Assembly: GCA_963731025.1 (NCBI GenBank)
Contig: CAVSVL010000016.1
Span: 60,354-124,353, forward strand
DNA: 64,000 bases
DNA from: an uncultured delta proteobacterium
Lineage (GTDB): Bacteria; Desulfobacterota; Desulfobacteria; Desulfobacterales; UBA11574
Direction: 5' to 3'
The notes beneath the pieces were generated by a model. That model was not told the DNA's origin and ran no database searches. It worked only from the letters and a program-made list of their open reading frames with translations. A program made the translations under genes and the position numbers. Shown here piece after piece: positions 47,516-56,234 of the stretch (its first letter is position 1; each line of letters opens with the position of its first letter).

Positions 47516-48772
47516 CTACAAATTCACGATTTCACCGTCTTCCACAAGCCTTACATTTGGAAAGTGATCCTTGTATTTATCTGGATGAAAGCTGTGAATG
47601 GGAATCACCATTTCTGGAGCTATAGCGTCGACCAGCTTTTTCAAATCTTTAAGTTTTGCGTGGCCGCTGGTGTGCAAGTATTCGTATCGAACCCCTTTGT
47701 CTTTAAAATATGATCTCAGCTTTCGCAAAGGTTTGCTCCGCTCAAAATACCCGGGCCACAGGGAATAGACCCAGGCGGCTCCTTTTAAATCCAGGTGTCT
47801 TTTAATATCCCAAAGGAATCCAGCCCGAATCAACATCACCGCCTGTTCTTCAATCTCATTGATCCGGGCCCACCTGATCCCCTCTTTTCTGTGTTTTTCG
47901 AGGATGTTTTTTAAACCGATTTTTTCAAATCTTTGCCCGAGAAAAAAAGGATAGCACACCCGGATCTTTCGCCAAGAGGCCTGGGGCAGTTTTGCAAAGG
48001 TTTTTAACCTTTGGAGGATTTCGGCAGTGTAAAAATCGATAATCAATGTTCGGTCTGTGCGCGTTGCGGCCTTAAATATGGTGACGATCCGGTCGATGTT
48101 CTGGCTGGAGGTGGTTACCAGAACTATGCCGGGCGTTCCTTCAATTACCCGGACAAATTCGTTTTCAAGTTCGGTTTCGGTTATTGTCAGTTCATCGGAT
48201 CGCTCGCCGACAAGTGTTCCCTCCATCAACAGAGCATTTACTTTAGGCGGATTTTGTATCAAGCGATCAAGAAGCTTTGCCTTTCTGCCGTGTCCGCGAA
48301 AATCCCCGGTGTAAAACAAACTTTTACTTCCGGTTGAAATAAGAAAGCCGTAGGCATCAAAAGCGGAGTGATCCATGAGGTAAGGCGTTACTAAAAATGC
48401 TCCAGCCTGAAATTCTCTCCAGGATTTGAAGAATTTTAGTTCTAAAGGTTGTGCCTTCTCAGGGCTTATTTGGCCGGTTATTGCCATAAGCTCAGCAGAG
48501 GCCTTTCCGCAATACACCGGGACTCCTTGTGGCAGCATGCCGGCCAGGCCATAGTGGTCAAGGTGAGCATGGGACAAGATAACAGCATCAATCTTTTTAT
48601 TGCCGCCCCTGAGTTCCATAAAGAGTGGCTGTGGAAGAGTTGTTTTCGGATCGTCTCTGAAATCAAAATCCAAAGGGAGTCCTATGTCCAGTAGAATGTT
48701 GGTATCTTTGTAGGTCAATTCTACGCAAGAACCTCCCACTTCCTTAGCACCTCTATGAATTTTAAAGTACAT
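47516..48772 (-). CDS. MBL-fold metallo-hydrolase, beta-CASP-like nuclease
   Basis: VILSHAHLDHYG, YTGDFRG, late HTSGH, VIPIH. 418 aa. Confidence 0.75.
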   Translation of the reverse strand: MYFKIHRGAKEVGGSCVELTYKDTNILLDIGLPLDFDFRDDPKTTLPQPLFMELRGGNKKIDAVILSHAHLDHYGLAGMLPQGVPVYCGKASAELMAITGQISPEKAQPLELKFFKSWREFQAGAFLVTPYLMDHSAFDAYGFLISTGSKSLFYTGDFRGHGRKAKLLDRLIQNPPKVNALLMEGTLVGERSDELTITETELENEFVRVIEGTPGIVLVTTSSQNIDRIVTIFKAATRTDRTLIIDFYTAEILQRLKTFAKLPQASWRKIRVCYPFFLGQRFEKIGLKNILEKHRKEGIRWARINEIEEQAVMLIRAGFLWDIKRHLDLKGAAWVYSLWPGYFERSKPLRKLRSYFKDKGVRYEYLHTSGHAKLKDLKKLVDAIAPEMVIPIHSFHPDKYKDHFPNVRLVEDGEIVNL

Positions 48773-48777
48773 GATAT

Positions 48778-49587
48778 TTAAATTTGTATTTCATTAATTT
48801 GAATATCTCCATCCAATACTATTCTCTCATCCGCCTCATTTTGAATAACTTTTTCGCTTGCGTAGTCATAAGTAAAGAATTCAACAGAGATTTTTATTTC
48901 TGTATTAATCTTAGATACAAGCCTTTTAATATTTGGATAATTATCTATTTTTTTCAGTGTCTCGCCTGATGGAGAGGTTCCATCTGTTAATATCGCTGGT
49001 TGAAAATAAAATTCTTTTTCATTTTCGAGATGAAAGTCACCAACAAATTTATCTAATGAATTATTGATGAGTTTATAATAAGTGTAAACTTCAAGTAGTG
49101 CCCGTAATAGCGTTTCTTTATTTTTTCCATTAATTTTCAATTCAATTAGTTTTAATGAGCGGTCCTTCTGGGCAACCAAATCAATCTCTCCAAATTTGTC
49201 CGATTGTTTTTCTTTCAAAGGAACTTGGTAATCAATAATTTTTCCAAAGCAGTAATCTGTATCAGAGTTGAATAAAGCAGTTGCCAGTAGTTTTTCACTA
49301 AATTTTAGATAATCAAACCGTTTTAGCCTAGCGTTTACGTTTGGAATGCCATTATGACAAGCGTTGAAACTTCTTGTCCTACGAATAGAAACGTCTTTTC
49401 CTAATTGCATTAACTGATGATAATTTTTAACTAATTCCTTTGCAATAACTTCAGAATATGGTTTTCTGGAATCTTTAGTCCTGCCCTTATAATTTAGGAA
49501 ATTTTCTTGATAAATAAAAAGAGGATTGGTCTCTAATGCCTTTTTAATCATTTCCTTTATGTTATTTTCTGAGTAAGTTTGAGACAT
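48778..49587 (-). CDS. hypothetical protein with PD-(D/E)xK-like nuclease motif
   Basis: AAGGAG RBS. FGEIDLVAQKDRSLKLIELKI (D...ExK). Visibly AT-rich compared with its neighbours. Confidence 0.5.
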   Translation of the reverse strand: MSQTYSENNIKEMIKKALETNPLFIYQENFLNYKGRTKDSRKPYSEVIAKELVKNYHQLMQLGKDVSIRRTRSFNACHNGIPNVNARLKRFDYLKFSEKLLATALFNSDTDYCFGKIIDYQVPLKEKQSDKFGEIDLVAQKDRSLKLIELKINGKNKETLLRALLEVYTYYKLINNSLDKFVGDFHLENEKEFYFQPAILTDGTSPSGETLKKIDNYPNIKRLVSKINTEIKISVEFFTYDYASEKVIQNEADERIVLDGDIQINEIQI

Positions 49588-49615
49588 TGATTTTCTCCTT
49601 ATCAAATTTCGTTTT

Positions 49616-50587
49616 TCATTTGCGGAATGTATTTCTCCGGTGCCAGTGAAGGTTATCCTGGGCCGGCCAGAAGCTTTCTTGTTCCGGCGTAAAGATGGGT
49701 CGATCGGTCAGTGTGAGAATGTGCCCGGGATAGTTTTGCTCCACCATTATTCGCTTTGAAACCAAAACTTCATATTTTTTGCTAACACTCATGAGCCCTT
49801 TGTCAAAAGACCAGTGGCAGAGCTTACAAAGCGCCATTCCATTGGTGGGCCGGTCGTCAAAGCTGTCTTTCCATGGTTTGACGTGAGCGGCATCGACAAT
49901 GGTGTGGCCCTCGGGCGTGAGCATGCGGATTCCGCACAGGGCACACCGGTGGCTGTAAAGGGTAATAATCGCTTTACGAAATCCCTGGTCCCGGACCTTT
50001 TTCCTCTGTTCAGACTCTTCTTTATCCGGCTCGAAAGAGGCTTTTGTCTCTGCCACTTTCAGCAGTTCTATGCTGTACTGAAAAGCCGCATAGTTTACCA
50101 TCCCTTGTCCTACCAATTTTGATTGAATTTCAGGAGCAAAATACGTTTTTATAAGTACTGCCCTCAACTGCTCCCTGGTTTCCGGGTTGCACAACAACTG
50201 AAACAGTTCATCATCCATTCGGGCACCGGCACAAACCTCACGCAGTTTGGTCATGGAGCTGAAATCGATATTGATTTGATTTTCATATCCCTGGATTTGG
50301 CACCAGATGCCAGAATCCATCGGTCTTCAGTCTGGGAAACGGATAGGCCATGCTCGTTTTTGAACCAAGCGGCATGACACTGTTCCAGTATGTATTGAAT
50401 GTATCAAAAGTTCAAAGGAAGGTTCGATGAAGTTTTGGGTAATCAGTCCCTGGGCGATCAGATCCATAATGGACAGCAGCAGAAAGGGTTTGTGAGGTGC
50501 TTGATAGGTGGTGAGTGCAGACCAGCGTTTACGGTTTTTATCAGTCCGCAGGCGGGAAAAGCTTTTGAGGTATTGTTCAAGAGACAT
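49616..50587 (-). pseudogene. HNH (HNH_2-type) endonuclease with N-terminal modification-reader-like domain, interrupted by one in-frame TGA (50329-50327)
   Basis: Track ORFs 50327-50587 and 49616-50320 share a frame: ...WPIRFPD-TGA-RPMDSGIWCQ... HNH motif HRCALCG...AAHVKPW...NGMALCKLCHWSFDKG. Confidence 0.65.
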
Positions 50588-50682
50588 TCAATCTCCCGGC
50601 TCTTAAAATGCTTGCTGTATTTTATATTTCTTTAATCAAGGATCAAGGTTTTACCACAAGTCACTTCGTTTTTACCTGCAGG

Positions 50683-50744
50683 AAACTTATAAAGTAATGT
50701 ACGTCCCCCATAGTTCCTAAAACTTAATGTTAAGACCGTCCCGC
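50683..50744 (+). repeat. two REP family-1 elements
   Basis: AAACTTATAAAGTAATGTACGTCCCCC ... AAAACTTAATGTTAAGACCGTCCCGC. Confidence 0.7.
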
Positions 50745-50771
50745 AAATCCCATTTCCAACTACTACAGGGC

Positions 50772-51668
50772 TCAATCCTTTGCTTTTGGCTCAACATCAC
50801 GGCATTTTCGTTCCAGTTGATGAATAATTCTTGAGATCATTTGGTCAGATAAATTTATGCCGCCTTTTGTTTTGGCGATGGATCGAAAGTTCTTGGGATT
50901 AATAACAGGAATGCCGCCGGAAGCAACTCTTTTTACAAACCATCCCGGCAGGGCAACAACCGGCCGAACCCTGATGGCCTCACCCACTGCTTTTTGCAAC
51001 CATTTTGACAGCCATTCCGCCTGCCTTTTGGCCTGTTCGATGGATTTAACGTCCATACCATTCGAAAATTGAAGACGCGTGCCGTCGTAATTAACCTTAG
51101 CATCTGCCTTTCGATCTTTTGAAGTTGGTTTTGATCGCGCTTTTGTTTCAACAGCAAATACACCCGAAGCGCCGACGACAATGTGATCGATATTGAACTT
51201 CCCTGCGGGAAAATCATGGTAGACACGGTATCCTTCCAGCATGAGCTGATTGAGCTCCTGGCCAACGGCAATTTCACCCTCGTAACCCAGCTGATAAGAC
51301 CGTCGCAGGTTCAATGATTTGACTAAATTAAAAAGAAAATAGGCGATAGAACCTATTCCAGCAATGATGTAAAAGGCAGTTGTAAATGTTGAAAGTTTTG
51401 AATTGCCGAAATGTAATAAAGATATATAAGTGGCATAAAAGAATATCGGCAATGTGATGAGTAAAAGAAGATTTTCAGTTAACCTATCATTGATTTCCAT
51501 AATTTTTCTGTTAAGGGATTCTCCCGGGCTTCTTAAAAAATTGTCGGTAAATGGTGATCGATATCTTTTTATCTGGCGATATTTCCGCAGCAGGTAGAGC
51601 ACTGAAGCAAAGATCGCATAGATTCCAAAAATCAGGATTACTGGGAAATATTTGAGTATCATGTTCAA
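50772..51668 (-). CDS. NERD-domain (nuclease-related) membrane protein
   Basis: 3 N-terminal TM helices. GYEGEIAVGQELNQL..GYRVYHDF...IDHIVVGASGVFAVETK. Confidence 0.75.
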   Translation of the reverse strand: MNMILKYFPVILIFGIYAIFASVLYLLRKYRQIKRYRSPFTDNFLRSPGESLNRKIMEINDRLTENLLLLITLPIFFYATYISLLHFGNSKLSTFTTAFYIIAGIGSIAYFLFNLVKSLNLRRSYQLGYEGEIAVGQELNQLMLEGYRVYHDFPAGKFNIDHIVVGASGVFAVETKARSKPTSKDRKADAKVNYDGTRLQFSNGMDVKSIEQAKRQAEWLSKWLQKAVGEAIRVRPVVALPGWFVKRVASGGIPVINPKNFRSIAKTKGGINLSDQMISRIIHQLERKCRDVEPKAKD

Positions 51669-51691
51669 GGCCTTCTCCTTCTTATATTTTT

Positions 51692-51787
51692 GTGAGGGAC
51701 TTGATAGCTAGTGAATGCAGACCAGCGTTTACGGTTTTTATCAGTTCGCAGGGTGGAAAAGCTTTTGAGGTATTGGGCAAGAGACAT
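51692..51787 (-). pseudogene. 5' fragment (~27 codons) of the HNH 'reader' nuclease gene, fused upstream of the NERD gene
   Basis: MSLAQYLKSFSTLRTDKNRKRWSAFTSYQVPHK, then a stop 2 nt before the NERD ATG. The upstream 5'-UTR homology extends to ~51860. Confidence 0.7.
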
Positions 51788-51913
51788 TCAATCTCCCAGA
51801 TCTTAAAATGCTTGCTGTATTTTATCTTTATTCTTGTCGAGCCGAAGCTTTCAGCAAAGGCTGATAATCAAGGATGAAGGTTTGAACCCAATCACTTCGT
51901 TTTTATCTCAAGA

Positions 51914-51939
51914 CAACTTATAAACTTATGTACGTCCCC
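51914..51939 (+). repeat. REP family 1
   Basis: CAACTTATAAACTTATGTACGTCCCC. Confidence 0.7.
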
Positions 51940-51967
51940 TATTTTCACCATTATATGTGAGTGCTGA

Positions 51968-52156
51968 TCATGTCGACCGGCAGATGGCGGCAAGGTCACA
52001 ACTTGCGCAATCGTCGCACCAGTTAACGATACGGTGAAGAGCATTTACCCGCAACGCATGGCCAGCTTCCATGACGATCTCGAGCGTATCTTCAGTCAGC
52101 GCATCATCGATGACCTCTCGAATCGCTCCGCCACGGTCCAGGTTATGATATCTCGA
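51968..52156 (-). other. out-of-frame C-terminal tail of the helicase-nuclease (Fe-S cysteine triad)
   Basis: The alternative frame reads YHNLDRGGAIREVIDDAL...NWCDDCASCDLAAICRST*, i.e. CxxCx5C as in Cas4/AddB nucleases. Confidence 0.55.
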
Positions 52157-54806
52157 TCAGATCGGCCCTCATCCCCGTGAGCTGCTCGTAGCCAACTGCG
52201 TAAACATGAAGTTGCCGCTGGGTGATGTCCTCGGCCTGGGCTCGCTCATCGGATTTAAAGTCGACAATGAGTACTTCGTTGGTGTCAGCGCGCCGAATCA
52301 AATCGATGCGGCCGTTAACGACGACTCCTTCCTCCAGCTTTAACTCAATAACCTTTTCCACATGCTCAAGATTGTTCAGGTTTCGACTGTGCTCATTGAT
52401 ATAGCGCGTCAATGCTGCCCTCGCGGCCCGGCGCAGGTTTTGCTCGACAGGGGCGTTAGCAAAAGGTAGATTCAGATGCTCGTCAACGAGTCTGTCCACT
52501 TCATCCACTCCAGGAATTCTTCCCTGAATCGACTCAGCATGAATTTCGGCCAAGGCATTATGCATTGATTTACCATAGCCGAGGGCTCGATTTATGGGAG
52601 CATCGAATCCGTAGAGGAAGCGCAGCTTGAAGAGGTAAGGGCAGGTAAAGAAGTACTTAAGCTCGGAAAAGGTGAGAGCAAGTGTTATGTCTTCCTGCCT
52701 GGGCTGAGGCGGTATTATCGGTGGCAACTCTGTTCCGGGGTCTCGTGTCAAAACATGCTCATTATTGGTGATGTCCCGATGGAATTGAGAGACTCTGCGC
52801 TGCTGTCGATTGTCCTGAATTGGGGCCCATGAACAAAATAGATATTTTTCAGCACGTGTCACCGCAACGAAGAAGAGACGCCTTTCATCCTCTTCAGTGC
52901 CCTTGTATCGATCTGCATTGGCAACAGCGGCGGCAGGAATGACATGCCAGACAGAGCGGCCGCCATGTCTGCGTGAAGGGAATCGGTTGCGCCGGAGGCA
53001 TGGAACAAAAACAGCCGGCCACTGCATCCCTTTGGCCTTATGCACAGTTATGATTTCCACGGCATCGGGCTGGCCGAAACCGCTTTCCTCCCACCCTTCG
53101 GGATAGTATTCGGGGGCTTGATAGTGAAGATAGCTGGCAAAATCAGGATAAAGGTCTTCCGGTACGGAATGGAAATTAATCTGCTCAAAATCCGAGATAA
53201 CATTACTAAACTTGCCTAAGTTATAATAAACTATCTCACCAGTGCGAACACCATTAGGATCAGCGTCGATCGACTCCTCGCGGAGCCCAATGGCGGCGAG
53301 GAAATCCAAGTAAAGCCTTTGCAAATATAACTCTGCATCCATCTCGTATGTCAGGCGGGGTTTTCGTTCATTCAGGAATTCAAGCCCGGCATCAACCTGC
53401 TCGCCAGATAAGCCCAAGCCTACGCCAGCTAACGTAGCGCGAACGTCTGCCTCTGTCGGGGGGGTCTGCCTGCGAGGAGCAAAGTCGGCAAGATAAAAGA
53501 ATACCTGTCGGACTGCCTGAATCTCCGGGGTATCAAAAAGGCCGTCCATTCCGCTGATTATGTATGGTATTTCGGCATGGTCCAGAGCCTGGACGATTGG
53601 ACGTGCATCGTTACGAACGCTTCTTAGCAGGATTGCCATATCGGAGAATGTCAACCCACGGGGTTCTGAGTCAGGCTTGTCCCGGTATTCGGTTCCATGG
53701 AGCTGCTGTATCTTGACAACAATTGATGCCGCTTCTTCGTCGGGATCATCAAAACTGAGAGCGAGCACATCTCCCCGCGTGAATGGCTGAGCATCGGAGC
53801 TTTCCATGGCTTTAACCAGCCGTTGTGGTAAAAGCTCAATAAATTGACGTGATGCCTCCACAACGGCCCGACTGCTCCGGAAATTTATATTCAGGGGCAC
53901 GGTCGCAACGTTAGGATATCTATCTGCAAAAGAAATGATGTTTTGAACATCACTTCCGCGCCACTGGTAGATCGTCTGGTCGTCATCTCCAACTACACAT
54001 ATGTTGCCGCAAAGCTCGAATAATTCTCTGATCAGTTGTTCCTGTATTGGGTTTATATCTTGGTACTCATCAATGATTAAAAAACGGAGCTGTTCACTTA
54101 TTTTCTCACGGAGGCCAGAATGGGTTCTGAGTTCATTGAGGGCTGCAGTGAGGATGGTTGTGTAGTCCAGATACCGGCTCTCGTCTAAAAGGCCCCGGTA
54201 CATCTCCATGCAATTACGAACCAGGTCTGGAATCAGGTCATTGTCAACGTCTGCCTCCATACAAATGTTCAGCAGTTGCTGATATAATTTTGAGTCCTTC
54301 CACCGACCTAAGGTGCCACCGCTGAGCAGTGGTGTTTGAGACAAACCGGACCGCCTGCTATTTCTATCAATAAAAAGCCGTTGATGTACCTCGGACAAAA
54401 CCTGATACTTGAGAAAACGATATAGCGGCGGTTCTTGGAGCAGATTCAAACAATAGCCATGGATTGTACCAATGTACATATCCCCAAGACCCTGGTCCGT
54501 CCCTATCTCTTCCACGCAGAGCCGGTGAATGCGATCTTTTAGTTCTGCTGCCGCTTTATCGGTGAAGGTAAATGCTACTATGTTGGCAGGTGTAACGCCT
54601 TCATTCCCTTGAGTGTTGAGAAGGTGAACGATCCGTGCGGAAATCACTTGAGTTTTTCCGGACCCTGCACAAGCGATGATTTGAAGATTCTGGTCAACTG
54701 TTTCGATGGCTCTTCTTTGCTCGGGAGTATAGTCCACGTAAACCTCCAATGACGAGTATCGTGATGGGTTTGCGTCTTGAATAATGAATAAAGTGCTACT
54801 ATTCAT
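52143..54806 (-). CDS. UvrD/Rep-family helicase fused to a Cas4/AddB-like PD-(D/E)xK nuclease domain
   Basis: Walker A CAGSGKTQ, IIDEYQD, VGDDDQTIYQWRG, VHKAKGMQW. C-terminal FFTCPYLF...GRIDLI...IVDFKS. Its real C-terminus appears frameshifted (see 51968-52156). Confidence 0.8.
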   Translation of the reverse strand: MNSSTLFIIQDANPSRYSSLEVYVDYTPEQRRAIETVDQNLQIIACAGSGKTQVISARIVHLLNTQGNEGVTPANIVAFTFTDKAAAELKDRIHRLCVEEIGTDQGLGDMYIGTIHGYCLNLLQEPPLYRFLKYQVLSEVHQRLFIDRNSRRSGLSQTPLLSGGTLGRWKDSKLYQQLLNICMEADVDNDLIPDLVRNCMEMYRGLLDESRYLDYTTILTAALNELRTHSGLREKISEQLRFLIIDEYQDINPIQEQLIRELFELCGNICVVGDDDQTIYQWRGSDVQNIISFADRYPNVATVPLNINFRSSRAVVEASRQFIELLPQRLVKAMESSDAQPFTRGDVLALSFDDPDEEAASIVVKIQQLHGTEYRDKPDSEPRGLTFSDMAILLRSVRNDARPIVQALDHAEIPYIISGMDGLFDTPEIQAVRQVFFYLADFAPRRQTPPTEADVRATLAGVGLGLSGEQVDAGLEFLNERKPRLTYEMDAELYLQRLYLDFLAAIGLREESIDADPNGVRTGEIVYYNLGKFSNVISDFEQINFHSVPEDLYPDFASYLHYQAPEYYPEGWEESGFGQPDAVEIITVHKAKGMQWPAVFVPCLRRNRFPSRRHGGRSVWHVIPAAAVANADRYKGTEEDERRLFFVAVTRAEKYLFCSWAPIQDNRQQRRVSQFHRDITNNEHVLTRDPGTELPPIIPPQPRQEDITLALTFSELKYFFTCPYLFKLRFLYGFDAPINRALGYGKSMHNALAEIHAESIQGRIPGVDEVDRLVDEHLNLPFANAPVEQNLRRAARAALTRYINEHSRNLNNLEHVEKVIELKLEEGVVVNGRIDLIRRADTNEVLIVDFKSDERAQAEDITQRQLHVYAVGYEQLTGMRADLIEIS

Positions 54807-54866
54807 TATTCAAGACAAGACACCAGATCGCTACTCCTTTAATCAGCAATGAAAGCTGGATACGGT

Positions 54867-55800
54867 TTACAGCTCGCAATGTATTTCATCATGACAGACA
54901 GTACAAACGGTAAGGAGATTTTCTTCTATGTTTTCACCGCCCTCTACATGGGGTTTAATATGATGGAGTTCAAGGTGCCGAGGATCTGACCGGTTCCATT
55001 CCTTATGTGACCATTCACATTTTTGGCACTGGTAAATCCCTTCTCAGAACTTCTCGTTTGACTCTATCAGGAATATGCCGATCATGTTCAGGGCTTTGTC
55101 GGTCTGCTTCTAAAAGATAAACTCCGACATTCAAATCGGGTCTGCCTGTATTCTTGGTAACAATCGGCCATCCATATTCGGTCCTGAGTTCTCGCACTCT
55201 GCGTGCCCATTCAGTTCTATCTTTTGCAACATAACGAAGTTCCTCTCCGGTGATTATTTTCCCAACGTTTGATCGCAAAAATATTTGAGTATTTTATCTC
55301 TTACCGAAATATTGTCTCTGCGAATTTCATTTGCAATGCGCCATCTGAAGGCCGCCTCTCGATCTTGTTCGGTGCTGACCAAAATATAATCAGCCGGACC
55401 CATCGAAGATACGTCTACATTGTCTATCGGAAATTCATCTTCCTCGGCCATTTGTTTTGCGGTAACTCCGCTGACATATTGACCAGCCAAACTGCACTTT
55501 GAGTTCACGGACTCTACGAGCATATTCCTGAATGCCTGAAACAACTAAAAGTTCATCTCCGTTAATAATTGTGTAAGGATATTTTCTAAAATAGAATAAG
55601 ATTCGATCTCTAGCACTCCGGGTTGTTTCTTTAGGGATTAAAGACTTTCCCAAATTCCTTAAGTGATGATAACAAGGAATTAGTGCCAACACCTTTTCTC
55701 TGAGATCTTCGGATTGAAGCTCTTTCTCAAAATTGGTTATTAGGTTTACCAGCTCTTTTCTAATAGCTTCTGAATCTTCTAAGTAATTATTTTCATGCAT
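54867..55800 (-). pseudogene. HNH restriction endonuclease gene with three frameshifts (R partner of dcm/vsr)
   Basis: Pieces in alternating frames join into one protein with two GxELxxVSGI/RYVAKD...ARRVRELxxxxGW modules and a terminal YQCQKCEW...HLELHHIKP...LLTVCTVCHDEIH HNH motif. Confidence 0.65.
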
Positions 55801-55825
55801 TTTAAAATTGACCCTTTTCAAAGTT

Positions 55826-56227
55826 TTACAAAAACATGTCAAGTTTTTCGCTGAGTTTCTCGATATCTTTTACCTCACACCCCCAAACAATAATAGGCTC
55901 CCAGCCCTTTTCCTTTATTTTATGAATATTCATAGAATCGCGTTCGATGGTTTTGTCTAATTTGGTATTCCAAAAATCGACATTGGTTGTGGGTCTTTTG
56001 GACCGAAGACAACCTTTGTGGCCGTGCCAAAAACAACCGTGGACAAAAATGACCTTTTTATGCTTTGGAAGAACAATATCAGGGTTGCCCGGCAAATCTT
56101 TTCGATGAAGACGGAAACGATATCCCATACTATGGAGTAGCGAACGAACGACTCGCTCGGGCTTTGTATCCTTGCCCTTAACTTTTGCCATTATCCGGCT
56201 TCTTTTTTCTTTGCTGAATACATCCAT
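55826..56227 (-). CDS. vsr: very-short-patch repair endonuclease
   Basis: SRIMAKVKGKDTKPE...LPGNPDIVLPKHKKVIFVHGCFWHGH. Confidence 0.9.
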   Translation of the reverse strand: MDVFSKEKRSRIMAKVKGKDTKPERVVRSLLHSMGYRFRLHRKDLPGNPDIVLPKHKKVIFVHGCFWHGHKGCLRSKRPTTNVDFWNTKLDKTIERDSMNIHKIKEKGWEPIIVWGCEVKDIEKLSEKLDMFL

Positions 56228-56234
56228 GGCCGGG

